64,000 bases of DNA from Candidatus Nanopelagicales bacterium (GTDB lineage Bacteria > Actinomycetota > Actinomycetes > S36-B12). Below are positions 47,566-57,401 of the stretch, one piece after another. Position numbers and translations under genes: made by a program. The stretch covers positions 17,917-81,916 of the forward strand of contig JBBATH010000008.1 in NCBI GenBank assembly GCA_040398845.1. Reading direction: 5' to 3'. Position 1 is the first letter of the stretch, and each line of letters begins with the position of its first letter. The notes under the pieces were generated by a model, which had not been told where the DNA came from, made no database searches, and saw nothing but the letters and a program-made list of their open reading frames with translations.

Positions 47566-48849
47566 CTAGGCCTGGACGTAGATGCGAACAGGGACCTCGG
47601 TGAGGGTGATAGACGCGCCCTCGAGTACCTCTTGGCAATTCGCCAGCGGATCGCACACCAACTGCGAACCGGCAGGCGCCGTGTAGGCCGCATCACCTGT
47701 CTCTGCCCACGCCACGATCGAGTTCTGTCCGTCGCGAGTGAAATTGCACGTAACGGCGCCCGCAGTGTCGGTGCAGCCCTCGAACTGAGATCCGACCACC
47801 CAGTTGTCGATGGCGAAGAAACCTTGCTCGCCATCCGAGCCCGGGTACGCCTGGATGCCAAGGAGCGGATAGGGCTTCTGGGTCCAGATGTACCAGTAGG
47901 CGCGCTCGACACCAAAACGCAGGTTGTCAATGTAGGTGCGCACGATCCAGCCTGCTGCCGCCGGTCCGGTGATGTCGGTCTTGGGGATATCGCCGGGGCC
48001 GGCGAGTCCGTAATTCAGCTCGGTGTCCCAGATCGGGAGATCCGCAGGCGCACCGGCCTCAGAGGCCGCCGACTTAAACGTTTCGATGAGCGCACCACGG
48101 ACCTGCGGATTCCCCTCACCGCTCGGATATGCGTGCAGGGAGAGCACGTCGACCGGCCAGTCAGCCTTCGCCAGCGCCGCGAGGTACTTTGGGTAAAAGG
48201 CGTCGAAGCGTGCCGAGAGTCGAAGCGCTGGCGACGCCGAGACCACAAGCGCCTCGGGATCGGCCGCCTTGATGATCTTATAGGCCCGCGCTGTCATCTC
48301 CGCAAGTTCCTCGGGGGTGCCATCGTAGAAGTTCTTGAGGTTTGCCTCGTTCCAGATCTCGTAACTGGAGATCCGACCCTTATAGCGTGTGACGACTGCG
48401 GTTACCCAGTCATCCCAGTCCTGCAAGTTCGCGGGCGCGCTCGCTGCGCCGGGCTGCGGGTAGTGGTCCTTCCCCTTCTTAACGGCGCCCTTCTTCACCG
48501 CCCACTCCGGGGTCGTGCCGAGCACCATGAGGATGTCGGTGAGGCCCTTGGAATCAGCGTTCGCAAGCGCACCGTCGAGGTTGTCCCACTTGAACTCGCC
48601 CTTGGCTAGCTCAATCTGTGACCAAGCGGTGCCGTTATCCCACAGACGCAAGGCGCCAAATGGTGCCGACGGCCACGCTTCAACCTCGACGCCCTCTACC
48701 TGCATTCCCACAAGACTTGCGGGTAGGCCCGGCACTGAGGGTGCAGTCGGCGAGGCAGGCGCCTCTGACTGTGATGACCCGCAGGCACTCAATCCCAGTG
48801 CGAACACCGAGAGTGATGCTGCGGCAATGACTAGCTTGCTCCGAACCAT
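47566..48849 (-). CDS. Lipoprotein clan-A glycoside hydrolase (GH5/GH39-like)
   Basis: Lipobox LSAC, RLWD, EIWNEAN (acid/base), IWDTELN (nucleophile). Confidence 0.8.
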   Translation of the reverse strand: MVRSKLVIAAASLSVFALGLSACGSSQSEAPASPTAPSVPGLPASLVGMQVEGVEVEAWPSAPFGALRLWDNGTAWSQIELAKGEFKWDNLDGALANADSKGLTDILMVLGTTPEWAVKKGAVKKGKDHYPQPGAASAPANLQDWDDWVTAVVTRYKGRISSYEIWNEANLKNFYDGTPEELAEMTARAYKIIKAADPEALVVSASPALRLSARFDAFYPKYLAALAKADWPVDVLSLHAYPSGEGNPQVRGALIETFKSAASEAGAPADLPIWDTELNYGLAGPGDIPKTDITGPAAAGWIVRTYIDNLRFGVERAYWYIWTQKPYPLLGIQAYPGSDGEQGFFAIDNWVVGSQFEGCTDTAGAVTCNFTRDGQNSIVAWAETGDAAYTAPAGSQLVCDPLANCQEVLEGASITLTEVPVRIYVQA

Positions 48850-50081
48850 GTGGGCATGCTCCCGATCGTGATGGATGTACCAGCGACAACTGGCGTACTG
48901 ACATTCGCTGCTGTGACGGACTTCGTCGCACCAGCAGGCACGATGAAGGGTCCGGAGCCGGTACTGGCCCAGGCGACCGTTGACGACACGCCGTTCTTCA
49001 CGATCGTGCAGGTGTTGACCGCCGCGGTTACGCAGTTGACAGTCCCACCGACCATCCAGCCGTATGTCGTCGCGTAGCCAAGCGCACCAGCAGTTCCCGG
49101 GTACATCTGAATGCCGAGGAGGCTGTAGGTCGACGGCGTGAATGAGTACCAGTACGTGCGGTCAATGCCGAGACGGGCACTGTCGAGGTATGTCTGCGAG
49201 ACCCAGGCGGCAGCCTGATCGCCATCAACGTTCTGCTTGGGGTTCGACGAGCCCGGCCCGGCGAGTCCGTAATTGACCTCGGTGTCCCAAAGTGGCTTGG
49301 CCGGCGCACCTGCCGAGGCGAGCGATGCGCGGACCGTCGAGATGTAGGTGACGCGATCAGCAGGAGTGCCGAGGCTGTTCGGGTAGAGGTGCACCGAGAA
49401 GGCAGTCACGGGCCACTTGAGCTTCTTCAGGCTCTTGAGGTACGCCGGGAAGAACTTGTTGTAGGCCGAAGTAAGCCGGACAGTGCTACTCGCCGAGACG
49501 ATCTGCGCGGTCGGGTCGTTCTTGCGAATGATCTTGTAGGCCTCACTTGTGAGGTCAGCCATCTGAGATGGGGTGCCCATCCAGAAGGTGCTGAGATTCG
49601 CCTCGTTCCAGATCTGGTACGCGTCAATCGACGCTGCGTAACGCTTGGTGACCGCGGTAACCCAGTCCTTCCAAAGCTTCATCGACGAGGGCATCGAGGC
49701 GGCACCCTTATTCGGGTAGGTGCCCTGTCCCTTGTCGGATGCTGCCCAGGTCGGCGTCGAGCCGAGAACGTAGAGGACCTTGGCATTGATCTTGTTGGAG
49801 TTCGCAATCGCCTTGTCCATGCCGGTCCACCAGTACTTCTTCGCCGACGGCTGCACCTTGCCCCACGAGATGCCGACATCCCACAGGCGGATCGTCCCGG
49901 TCGGCACGGTGGGCACGAGTCCGTTTGCGATCTGCGGAACATGCAGGCCGTAGGAAGTAGCGTCGCCGGGGGCTGCGCTCGCTGCCGGTGCTGCGATGAC
50001 CCCTGCACTGAACGCGCACACGGTCGCGATGGAGATTGCAGCGGCGGTGGCGCGGCGGCGAGTGGATGTAAACAGGCGCAT
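48831..50081 (-). CDS. Secreted clan-A glycoside hydrolase, paralogue of the neighbouring gene
   Basis: Signal peptide, RLWD, QIWNEAN, LWDTEVNYGLAGPG. Confidence 0.8.
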   Translation of the reverse strand: MRLFTSTRRRATAAAISIATVCAFSAGVIAAPAASAAPGDATSYGLHVPQIANGLVPTVPTGTIRLWDVGISWGKVQPSAKKYWWTGMDKAIANSNKINAKVLYVLGSTPTWAASDKGQGTYPNKGAASMPSSMKLWKDWVTAVTKRYAASIDAYQIWNEANLSTFWMGTPSQMADLTSEAYKIIRKNDPTAQIVSASSTVRLTSAYNKFFPAYLKSLKKLKWPVTAFSVHLYPNSLGTPADRVTYISTVRASLASAGAPAKPLWDTEVNYGLAGPGSSNPKQNVDGDQAAAWVSQTYLDSARLGIDRTYWYSFTPSTYSLLGIQMYPGTAGALGYATTYGWMVGGTVNCVTAAVNTCTIVKNGVSSTVAWASTGSGPFIVPAGATKSVTAANVSTPVVAGTSITIGSMPTWFGAS

Positions 50082-50238
50082 GGTAAAGCCTCTCGGAGCG
50101 AAGTTGTGCTGGCGAAGTCGTGCTGGCGCGTGGTCCTGAGGCGGGCCTGCGACAAATGAACCTTAGCCCATGGGCCGCTCTCGTTCCGGTATCCAAGATG
50201 GGCGCGCCATCATGAACAGGAAGTGAATTCGCCCTTGG

Positions 50239-50928
50239 CTATCGCGGGCGAAGGACGTACAGGCTCTGGCCATCGGTTTCGCGGCCATATTCGAAGCGAT
50301 CAACGGCAAGGCCGGCCGCTTGCACATGGGCCTCGAAGTGTGCGCGCTCGAATCTGGTGCAATGCAACGGCCCCTTCCACTCAAGGGGCCCGTAACCTTG
50401 GGGATTCTCCTCCCAGGCGGCGACATCCTCCTCGACGAAGCAGGTAACGAGTGCCCGCCCAGTTGGCGCCAAGACCTCGCCAATGAGGCGCAGGTAAGCA
50501 GGGGTGTCGACGTCATTCATGTGAGAGAAAACCGAATAAGCGTAGAAGGCATCGACGCTCCCTGGCTCCGCAGCAAGGGTGCGCTCCGGAGAGCCGTCAG
50601 GGTTATAGCGCTCATTGCTCACGTCAAGGCAGGTGAATCGAAAACCCTCGCCCGCAAGGTTCGCATCGGCCCAGTCGATGAGTTCAGGCTGGATGTCGAC
50701 CCCGTGGTAATCGCGGATGCGACCGAACTCCTCGCGCACCCCGACCGCAAGCCGGCCCGCACCGCTGCCCCAGTCGAGCAGGCTCGACTCCGCGTCGAGA
50801 GCGCAGTACTCGACGAGGCGACGCACATCGCGCACCGCCGTCCGAACGAAGGCCTGGTCGTCCTTGAAGTGCGTGCCCCCCATCCGGTACTTGCCGGGGG
50901 GAAGGGGCGCGGCTTTCTTCTTGAACAT
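50239..50928 (-). CDS. Class I SAM-dependent methyltransferase
   Basis: LLDWGSGAGRLA, GVDI, YSVFSHM. Confidence 0.85.
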   Translation of the reverse strand: MFKKKAAPLPPGKYRMGGTHFKDDQAFVRTAVRDVRRLVEYCALDAESSLLDWGSGAGRLAVGVREEFGRIRDYHGVDIQPELIDWADANLAGEGFRFTCLDVSNERYNPDGSPERTLAAEPGSVDAFYAYSVFSHMNDVDTPAYLRLIGEVLAPTGRALVTCFVEEDVAAWEENPQGYGPLEWKGPLHCTRFERAHFEAHVQAAGLAVDRFEYGRETDGQSLYVLRPR

Positions 50929-50956
50929 GTCCGCAGCCTATTCTGGTGGTGGGCAA

Positions 50957-52183
50957 TCAGAAGAGGCCCAACTCCCGCGCACTTGCTTCGAGTTCGTCGC
51001 GAACGGACGGGTGCGCCGCGCTGTGGATGATGTTGCGTGCCTGATCCGCCTGTGAGAGTCCGAAGCATGCAGCGATGCCCTGTTCGGTCGCAACAAAGCT
51101 GTGCTGGAAACTCGTCACCGGCTCGATGATCCGCGGCACGATGGTGGAGCAATTCGCCCTCGCATGCCAGGAGGGCAACGCCATGAATGACCGCCCGCCC
51201 CGCGAGTGCAGCGCCCCCACGATGAAGTCGGTCGACCCACCGAATCCGGAGTGGATCCGCCCCTTCACCCGGCTCGCGTTCGCCTGATCGAAGAGGTCGA
51301 CCTGCAGCGCTGCGTTCACGCTCGTCATCCGAGCCTGACGGGCGATGAGACCCGGGTCGTTCGTGACCTCCGTGCGCATCATGCGGACGCCGCGATTCAA
51401 GTGGAGCCAGTCGGAAAGCTCGCGCGAGCCGAAGATGAAGGACGCGGTGAGCGGCACCTCGTCATCAAGAGCGCCTCCCTTGAAGAGATCCAGGACGCCA
51501 TCGCTGAACATCTCCGTCCAGATCCGCAGCCCCTTGCTGTGGGTCAGCGCGGCCAGCACGGCGTCCGGGACCGCACCGATACCGAGTTGCAGCGTCGAAT
51601 TCGGCTCGACGAGTTCAGCGATCCTGGCGCCGATCTCGCGCTCCACGTCGCCAAGTTCACCTCGATCATGGGAGGGCAGGGTCTCGTCGACTTCGATGAG
51701 GTAATCGATCTCGTGCTCGTAGATCTGCGCGTCGCCGTAGGTATATGGCATCTGCTCATTTGCCTGGACGATGACGAGGCCGCCATGTGCCCTCGCCGAC
51801 TCGATGGCCGACGGCAGGATATTGACCTCAGTGCCGAGGCTCACGGTGTCGAATCGGCGCGACGATGCATGGAGGAGCACGACATCCGGACGGAAGTGAT
51901 CGCGAAAAAGCACCGGCACCAGGCTCAAGCGGCACGGAACGTAATCGAGTCGCGCGCTGCCTCGCATGCCAGGGCCGACAAAGGCCGTTTCATAGGTGAC
52001 GCCCTCGCGGTCAGGCAGACCCTTCTGCGCATTGAGCATGTGGAGCCGATACTCCGCAACCACCTCGTCGACAGCGCCGAGAAGTACCTGCGGGGTCGCG
52101 AAGTTCCCTGAGGCGATGACGCGCGGGTTTTTCGGGAGATCTTCAAGAACCTTCTTGAGTTGCTGAACGTTGATGATTCGCAT
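50957..52183 (-). CDS. Acetyl-CoA hydrolase / 4-hydroxybutyrate CoA-transferase family
   Basis: TLQLGIGAVPDAV, WTEMFSDG, SGFGGSTDF, VATEQG, AHPSVR. Confidence 0.9.
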   Translation of the reverse strand: MRIINVQQLKKVLEDLPKNPRVIASGNFATPQVLLGAVDEVVAEYRLHMLNAQKGLPDREGVTYETAFVGPGMRGSARLDYVPCRLSLVPVLFRDHFRPDVVLLHASSRRFDTVSLGTEVNILPSAIESARAHGGLVIVQANEQMPYTYGDAQIYEHEIDYLIEVDETLPSHDRGELGDVEREIGARIAELVEPNSTLQLGIGAVPDAVLAALTHSKGLRIWTEMFSDGVLDLFKGGALDDEVPLTASFIFGSRELSDWLHLNRGVRMMRTEVTNDPGLIARQARMTSVNAALQVDLFDQANASRVKGRIHSGFGGSTDFIVGALHSRGGRSFMALPSWHARANCSTIVPRIIEPVTSFQHSFVATEQGIAACFGLSQADQARNIIHSAAHPSVRDELEASARELGLF

Positions 52184-52276
52184 TCACGCCTCCTGATCGC
52201 GTTCGACGCAGCCTAGGCCCGCTATGTCAGAATGACGCAATACGAGGGTCGTCCCCCGCAGTGAGAGCAGGTACCC

Positions 52277-53221
52277 ATGCAATCGACGTTTCCCTGGGGC
52301 GATGTGTCCGTCTACGTCGCAGGCCATCGCGGCCTAGTGGGATCGGCACTGTGGCGAGCCCTCGAGGCAGCGGGCGCGGGCAAGCTCATCGGCTGGACCT
52401 CGAAGGAGCTCGATCTCCGCGACCGCACCGCCACCCATGACGCGATCACCGAGGCCAAGCCCGACATCATCATCGACGCAGCCGCCAAGGTCGGCGGCAT
52501 CATGGCCAACTCCACGTTCCCCGTCGAGTTCCTACGCGACAACACGCTGATCCAGACAAACGTCATGGATGCCGCCCATGCTGCCGGCGTCGACCGGCTG
52601 CTCTTCCTTGGCTCATCCTGCATCTACCCGCGGCACGCGACCCAGCCGATCCGTGAATCGTCGCTCATGACCGGACCCCTCGAGCCTACGAATCAGGCGT
52701 ATGCCATGGCCAAGATCTCCGGCATCTTCTACATCGAGGCGCACCGCACCCAATACGGACGCCGCTGGATCTCCGCGATGCCGACGAACCTGTACGGACC
52801 AGGCGATAACTTCGATCTCCAGTCATCTCACGTACTGCCCGCCTTCATCCGCAGGTTCCACGAGGCGAAGGTCGCCGGAGCGCCGACCGTAACCGTCTGG
52901 GGCACCGGCACACCGCGGCGCGAGTTTCTTCACGTCGACGACCTCGCCGAGGCCTGCCTCGTCCTCCTTCAGCACTACGACACCCACGAAACCATCAACG
53001 TGGGCCTCGGCGACGATATGCCGATCCGTGAACTCGCCGAGACAGTGGCATCCGTCGTCGGCTTCGAGGGCACCATCGAATGGGATTCCTCCAAGCCCGA
53101 TGGCATGCCGCGCAAGCTTCTTGACACCTCCCGCATCAATGAGCTCGGATGGCAGCCACAGATCTCCCTTCGCGACGGTGTGGCGAGCACCTACGAGTGG
53201 TACCTCGCGAACAAGGCCTAG
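52277..53221 (+). CDS. fcl: GDP-L-fucose synthase
   Basis: VAGHRGLVGSA, AAKVGGI, LGSSCIYP, YAMAK, MPTNLYGPGDNF, REFLHVDD. Confidence 0.96.
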   Translation: MQSTFPWGDVSVYVAGHRGLVGSALWRALEAAGAGKLIGWTSKELDLRDRTATHDAITEAKPDIIIDAAAKVGGIMANSTFPVEFLRDNTLIQTNVMDAAHAAGVDRLLFLGSSCIYPRHATQPIRESSLMTGPLEPTNQAYAMAKISGIFYIEAHRTQYGRRWISAMPTNLYGPGDNFDLQSSHVLPAFIRRFHEAKVAGAPTVTVWGTGTPRREFLHVDDLAEACLVLLQHYDTHETINVGLGDDMPIRELAETVASVVGFEGTIEWDSSKPDGMPRKLLDTSRINELGWQPQISLRDGVASTYEWYLANKA

Positions 53222-53228
53222 GCGCAGC

Positions 53229-53606
53229 ATGGCTGAACAGGTTGCCGATGAACCGCTGCAGGTTTTCCTGCCGGGGCGAATGTCGCTGCTCGTCCGCCTG
53301 ACCGCCAAGGAGGGCCTGCGCCTCGCGCTCCTCGACGTCCTCAATACCTATACCGACCGCCTCGCGGAGGAGCCCGGAACCGAGATGTTCATCGTGTCCG
53401 TTGACCCCGACACCCCCGACAACGTCTGGCTCTTCGAAATCTTCAAGGACGAGGCTGCGCAAGAGGCCCACCGAGCGTCGGCACCGTTCGCTGTGCTCAT
53501 GAGTGCGATGCCACCACTGCTCGAGGGTCCGCCAGCGGTGCTGCGCATGGATCCCCTACGGATGTCACTGCAACAGGGCGTGCTCCACGACGACTGGGTG
53601 TTCTAG
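53229..53606 (+). CDS. ABM-family (putative quinol) monooxygenase
   Basis: EEPGT...VWLFEIFKDEAAQEAH pattern. Confidence 0.75.
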   Translation: MAEQVADEPLQVFLPGRMSLLVRLTAKEGLRLALLDVLNTYTDRLAEEPGTEMFIVSVDPDTPDNVWLFEIFKDEAAQEAHRASAPFAVLMSAMPPLLEGPPAVLRMDPLRMSLQQGVLHDDWVF

Positions 53607-53608
53607 CC

Positions 53609-54868
53609 CTACGTGAATGGGGGGCGCTCATCGAACCTCAGGCTCGTCCGACCCGCTGCCCGCCAGAGCCGAGCAGTCGCATCGGTGTCCTCATCGGTGA
53701 CGAGGTTGCCCATCACGCGCAGCGCAATGGTCATGAGCGAGCGCGAGCGCATGCCGACTGGGCCGAAGGTCGGCAGGAAGCCGGGAACGGTAAGGAACCC
53801 CGCGAGCCGGCGCGCAATGGAGAATGCGGTGCCGTAGTGCTGCCGCAGGACAGGCGCCCACTGGGCCTCGTAGTCCATTGACGCACTCGCGACCGTTCCC
53901 GAAAGAACATGTGCGGCGAGGCGGCCCGTCTCGAGTCCATAGTCGATGCCCTCGCCATTGAGGGGGTTGACGCAGCCCGCTGCGTCGCCGACCAGCATCC
54001 AATTGGGGCCGGCGACCCCGCTCACCGCACCGCCCATCGGCAGCAGCGCCGACCAGGGTGCACGGATTTCGCCCTCGAGCTGCCATTCAGTGCGCTGGTC
54101 ATCGGCGTAGTGCTGCATGAGGGCCCGGAGGTTCACCTCGGCCGGGTGCTTACTCGTCGCGAGGGTCCCGACGCCGATATTCACCTCGCCGTCGCCGAGC
54201 GGAAACACCCAGCCATAGCCGGAAAGGAGCTCGCCCTGCTGCCCGCGGAGTTCGAGGTGTGAGGAGATCCAGGGGTCATCACTTCGATGGCTCTTGACGT
54301 AACCGCGGGCCGCGACCCCGTAGACGGTGCTGCGATGCCAGGCACGTCCAAGCCGACGTCCGAGCTGGGACTTGGCGCCGTCGGCGACGATGAGGCGCTT
54401 GCAGCGGATCTCTCGGGTTTGGCCCTTACCAGTTGCGAAGGTGACCGAGGTGACCTTGCCCCCATCGACCGCCACTTCGATGGCGCGGTGGCCCTCGGCA
54501 ACAGCGGCTCCGGCATCGATCGCTACCCGGCGGATGGCATCATCGAGTTCGAGGCGAGGCGCTGCTCCGCCATGGCTCGGCAGTGAGCCGCCCGGCCAGG
54601 GGAGGGTGAGTGTCCGGCCAAAGCCGGCAGCCCGAAGGCCTTGGTTCCGGGCCTTGCCCTCGAGGAAGGGTGACAGCCCGAGAAGGTCAAGTTCCGCGAT
54701 CGCACGTGGCGTGAGGCCGTCGCCGCAAGGCTTGTCACGGGGAAAGGCCTCGGCATCGGCGAGGAGGACGTCAAGGCCGGCGCGCGCACCCCAAGCAGCG
54801 GTCGCTGAGCCGGCTGGACCGGCTCCAACAACGAGCACATCGGTCTCTAGGACGGGGGCTGCAGTCAT
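53609..54868 (-). CDS. menJ: Geranylgeranyl reductase family, menaquinone reductase
   Basis: VVGAGPAGS, FPRDKPCGDGLTPR, GYGWVFP, GDAAGCVNPLNGEGIDY. Confidence 0.8.
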   Translation of the reverse strand: MTAAPVLETDVLVVGAGPAGSATAAWGARAGLDVLLADAEAFPRDKPCGDGLTPRAIAELDLLGLSPFLEGKARNQGLRAAGFGRTLTLPWPGGSLPSHGGAAPRLELDDAIRRVAIDAGAAVAEGHRAIEVAVDGGKVTSVTFATGKGQTREIRCKRLIVADGAKSQLGRRLGRAWHRSTVYGVAARGYVKSHRSDDPWISSHLELRGQQGELLSGYGWVFPLGDGEVNIGVGTLATSKHPAEVNLRALMQHYADDQRTEWQLEGEIRAPWSALLPMGGAVSGVAGPNWMLVGDAAGCVNPLNGEGIDYGLETGRLAAHVLSGTVASASMDYEAQWAPVLRQHYGTAFSIARRLAGFLTVPGFLPTFGPVGMRSRSLMTIALRVMGNLVTDEDTDATARLWRAAGRTSLRFDERPPFT

Positions 54869-54875
54869 GGTTCTT

Positions 54876-55817
54876 CTATTGTCCCGGGTCACGGCGGAAC
54901 CGCACTCGGGGCCGCTTGGGCAAGTGCAGAATTCCTTGCGCAGTTGCCGCCCCGACGATGAGGAGTACCCCGCCGAGTGGCTGGTTCCAGGTGATGTGCT
55001 CGTCGAGAAAGAGAGCCCCCAGAAGGACGGCGATGAGCGGCGGGATGTAGGTGACCGTGCTCGCGGTCGTTGCATCGGCCCGACCCAGGACCTGGAAGTT
55101 CAAGATGTAGGCGATGCCACTCCCAAGACAGCCGAGTCCAAGCATCGCGATGACGGTTGAGGTCTGAATCGGCGCGATCGTCACGCCGGTCACCAATGCG
55201 ATCGGTGCCGTCTGGATCGTTCCCATGATGAGAACCCCCGTTGCGAGCGCGAGGGGCGTGAGGTCACTGGCCATCGGGCCGCCCGTGAGGTGGCGGCGGC
55301 CATATGGGTAGGAAAACCCGTAGCAGGTGATAGCAATGATGCAGGCGCCGATTCCGATCAAGGTGCCACCGCCGAGCCCCTGCCAGAAACCGACCACGAC
55401 GAGAACTCCGACGAATCCGATCGCCAGGCCGATGATGCGCTGTCGGTTGGGGCGCTCCTCCGGGAACACGAGAAGGATCGCGATGAGGGTCATGAGCGGC
55501 GTGGCCCCGTTGATAATGCCGGCGAGCGCAGACGAGATGTGGGTCTCGCTGACGGCGAACATCGTCCAGGGAATGGTGCTCACGAGGGCGCCGTAAATGA
55601 AGAGCCGTTTCCAGGTTCTCCGGGGTGGCAGGGCTGTGCGGGTAATCGCGCTGATGATGAGCAGAGTGATGGCACCGAGGACGATCCTGCCGAGTGAGAC
55701 GCCTACTGGAGTGAGTGATTCCAACCCGATTTTCATGAAGGCGAAGGAGCCGCCCCAGATGAGGGCCAGCAGCAGGTAGGACGGCAGCCACCGAGACGTC
55801 GCCGAGGGTTGCGTCAC
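54876..55817 (-). CDS. EamA/DMT family transporter
   Basis: IWGGSF, 10 TM segments, two EamA repeats. Confidence 0.9.
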   Translation of the reverse strand: MTQPSATSRWLPSYLLLALIWGGSFAFMKIGLESLTPVGVSLGRIVLGAITLLIISAITRTALPPRRTWKRLFIYGALVSTIPWTMFAVSETHISSALAGIINGATPLMTLIAILLVFPEERPNRQRIIGLAIGFVGVLVVVGFWQGLGGGTLIGIGACIIAITCYGFSYPYGRRHLTGGPMASDLTPLALATGVLIMGTIQTAPIALVTGVTIAPIQTSTVIAMLGLGCLGSGIAYILNFQVLGRADATTASTVTYIPPLIAVLLGALFLDEHITWNQPLGGVLLIVGAATAQGILHLPKRPRVRFRRDPGQ

Positions 55818-56665
55818 CGGGCATTCTTACCAGTAACAGGGACTTCGTTGCCGCGTGCTTCCAGGTCGAGCAACTGCTCCTTCACCTCGAGGCCCCACGC
55901 GTAGCCGGCCAGTGAGCCGTCACCGCGGATCACTCGGTGACAGGGGATCGCGAGGGCGATCGGGTTGTTTGCGCAGGCGGACGCGACTGCGCGGGCTGCC
56001 CTTGGGCTGCCGATCTCTCCCGCGACCTCGGTGTAGGTGCGCGTCTGGCCGGACGGGATCTCGCGCAGCGCCTGCCAGACACGAGCCTGGAAAGCCGTGC
56101 CGCGAATATCGAGGGGCAGATTCGCGTCGCTCCCGTTCAGCGCGAGAGCTCGCAGGGCGGTCATGACGTCGGTCATCGCCACCTCGTCGCGAATCAGGTT
56201 CGCGTGCCTGAACTCCGTGGCTATCTCGAGTTCGAGGGCCACTTCGTTCGTTCCGATGCGGACGGCGCAAAGCCCGCGCGGGGAGGCCACCGCGATGAGG
56301 ATGCCGACCGCCGAGGGCGCCGTGGCCCAGATGAGAAGTTCACCACGGGCACCTGAGGCAAACTCGCTGGGTGTCATGCCGAGGCGCCGGCCGGCCTCCT
56401 CATAGAACGCGCGCACCGATCCGTAGCCCGCGTCGAGGATTGCCTCGGTTACGGTCAAAGCGCTGCGAAGGGCCGTGCGCGCCAGTGTCGTCCGCACTGA
56501 CCTACCGTATGCACGGGGCGTTACCCCGACCGAGTCCGTGAAATCCCGCTGGAGTTGGCGCGCACTGCAAAGTGCAAGTCTTGCAAGGGCGGTGGTGTCG
56601 ATCGGGCCGCCTGAGGCCTCCATGGCGCGGCAGGCGACGAGGACGCGCTGCATTGGGGTCGACAC
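55814..56665 (-). CDS. ada: AraC-HTH plus methylated-DNA-protein-cysteine methyltransferase (Ada-like, no Zn domain)
   Basis: GVTPRAY, AGYGSVRAFY, GTAFQARVW, IPCHRVI. Confidence 0.85.
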   Translation of the reverse strand: MSTPMQRVLVACRAMEASGGPIDTTALARLALCSARQLQRDFTDSVGVTPRAYGRSVRTTLARTALRSALTVTEAILDAGYGSVRAFYEEAGRRLGMTPSEFASGARGELLIWATAPSAVGILIAVASPRGLCAVRIGTNEVALELEIATEFRHANLIRDEVAMTDVMTALRALALNGSDANLPLDIRGTAFQARVWQALREIPSGQTRTYTEVAGEIGSPRAARAVASACANNPIALAIPCHRVIRGDGSLAGYAWGLEVKEQLLDLEARGNEVPVTGKNAR

Positions 56666-56811
56666 GCAGGCAACGGTAAGGCGCCCACTTGCGCCTACGC
56701 ACTCCGGTTCACGACACGATTTCGCCAAACGTCGGCGCCCATTGGGAGTGGCGTCCTCAGCCTCCGTTCAACAGGTATGGATTACATGTGAACCACCGGA
56801 GACGGCGCCCT

Positions 56812-56994
56812 ATGACACACCGCGCCACCGTGGCAGTTCGCATTACGCTCGACGAGCAACGTCGACTTGATGAGCTCTCCGCGCGTACTGGACGTTCCCG
56901 ATCGTTCTACGTGCGCGAGGCCATTCCAGAGTGGGAGAACTCTGATCAGTCGACCCGGCCCGCGGTGGAACTCTGGTCTGAACTCGGTCTATGA
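56812..56994 (+). pseudogene. RHH antitoxin (RelB-like), apparently shortened
   Basis: RLDELSARTGRSRSFYVREAI joined directly to ...ELWSELGL. ATGA overlap with the toxin. Confidence 0.55.
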
Positions 56995-57179
56995 GTCACT
57001 GGACTCTTGTCACGGCCCTCACCGACCCTCGTCCACGGGCTCAGTCTCTCTCAGGAAATTGGGCCGGTTATTGGCGTTATCGCATCGGTGACTACGAAGT
57101 GATTGTTCAATTTCGTGACACAGAATTACGGATCATTGCGGTCAACGTGGGTCACCGGTCGGCGATCTATGTGGCGTGA
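56991..57179 (+). pseudogene. RelE/ParE toxin, N-terminal helices missing
   Basis: 62 aa. DPRPRAQSLSGNWAGYWRYRIGDYEVI...VGHRSAIY is typical RelE, but only ~11 residues precede DPR. Confidence 0.65.
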
Positions 57180-57199
57180 TGGTGTTGCCCGGTCTTTGA

Positions 57200-57316
57200 T
57201 CAGTTGCAGGTGCACTGCTGCTCGACCGGCACGTTTGCCATCACCTCTTGCACATGCTCACCACAGCCACTCCACGTGACCAGACCGCAACTACTGCAAC
57301 GAACAGGACTGCACAT
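57200..57316 (-). CDS. 38-aa Cys-rich small protein (below the ORF-track cut-off)
   Basis: MCSPVRCSSCGLVTWSGCGEHVQEVMANVPVEQQCTCN; 6 Cys and 1 His. Confidence 0.75.
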   Translation of the reverse strand: MCSPVRCSSCGLVTWSGCGEHVQEVMANVPVEQQCTCN

Positions 57317-57351
57317 TCGAGCCGCCATCGGTTGATGCGAACAGTGACATG

Positions 57352-57367
57352 ATACCCTAGGGGGTAT
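57352..57367. promoter_or_regulatory. CsoR/CstR-type operator
   Basis: ATACCCTAGGGGGTAT, a C/G tract flanked by ATA/TAT, ~35 bp upstream of the Cys-rich ORF. Confidence 0.65.
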
Positions 57368-57401
57368 ATAAACGCCAAGGATCCAAGCCTAGGACCTTGG
57401 G

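Noticed and set aside
50098-50128. 14-bp tandem repeat GCGAAGTYGTGCTG upstream of the glycoside hydrolase
   Set aside because: Only two copies and no other support for a function.
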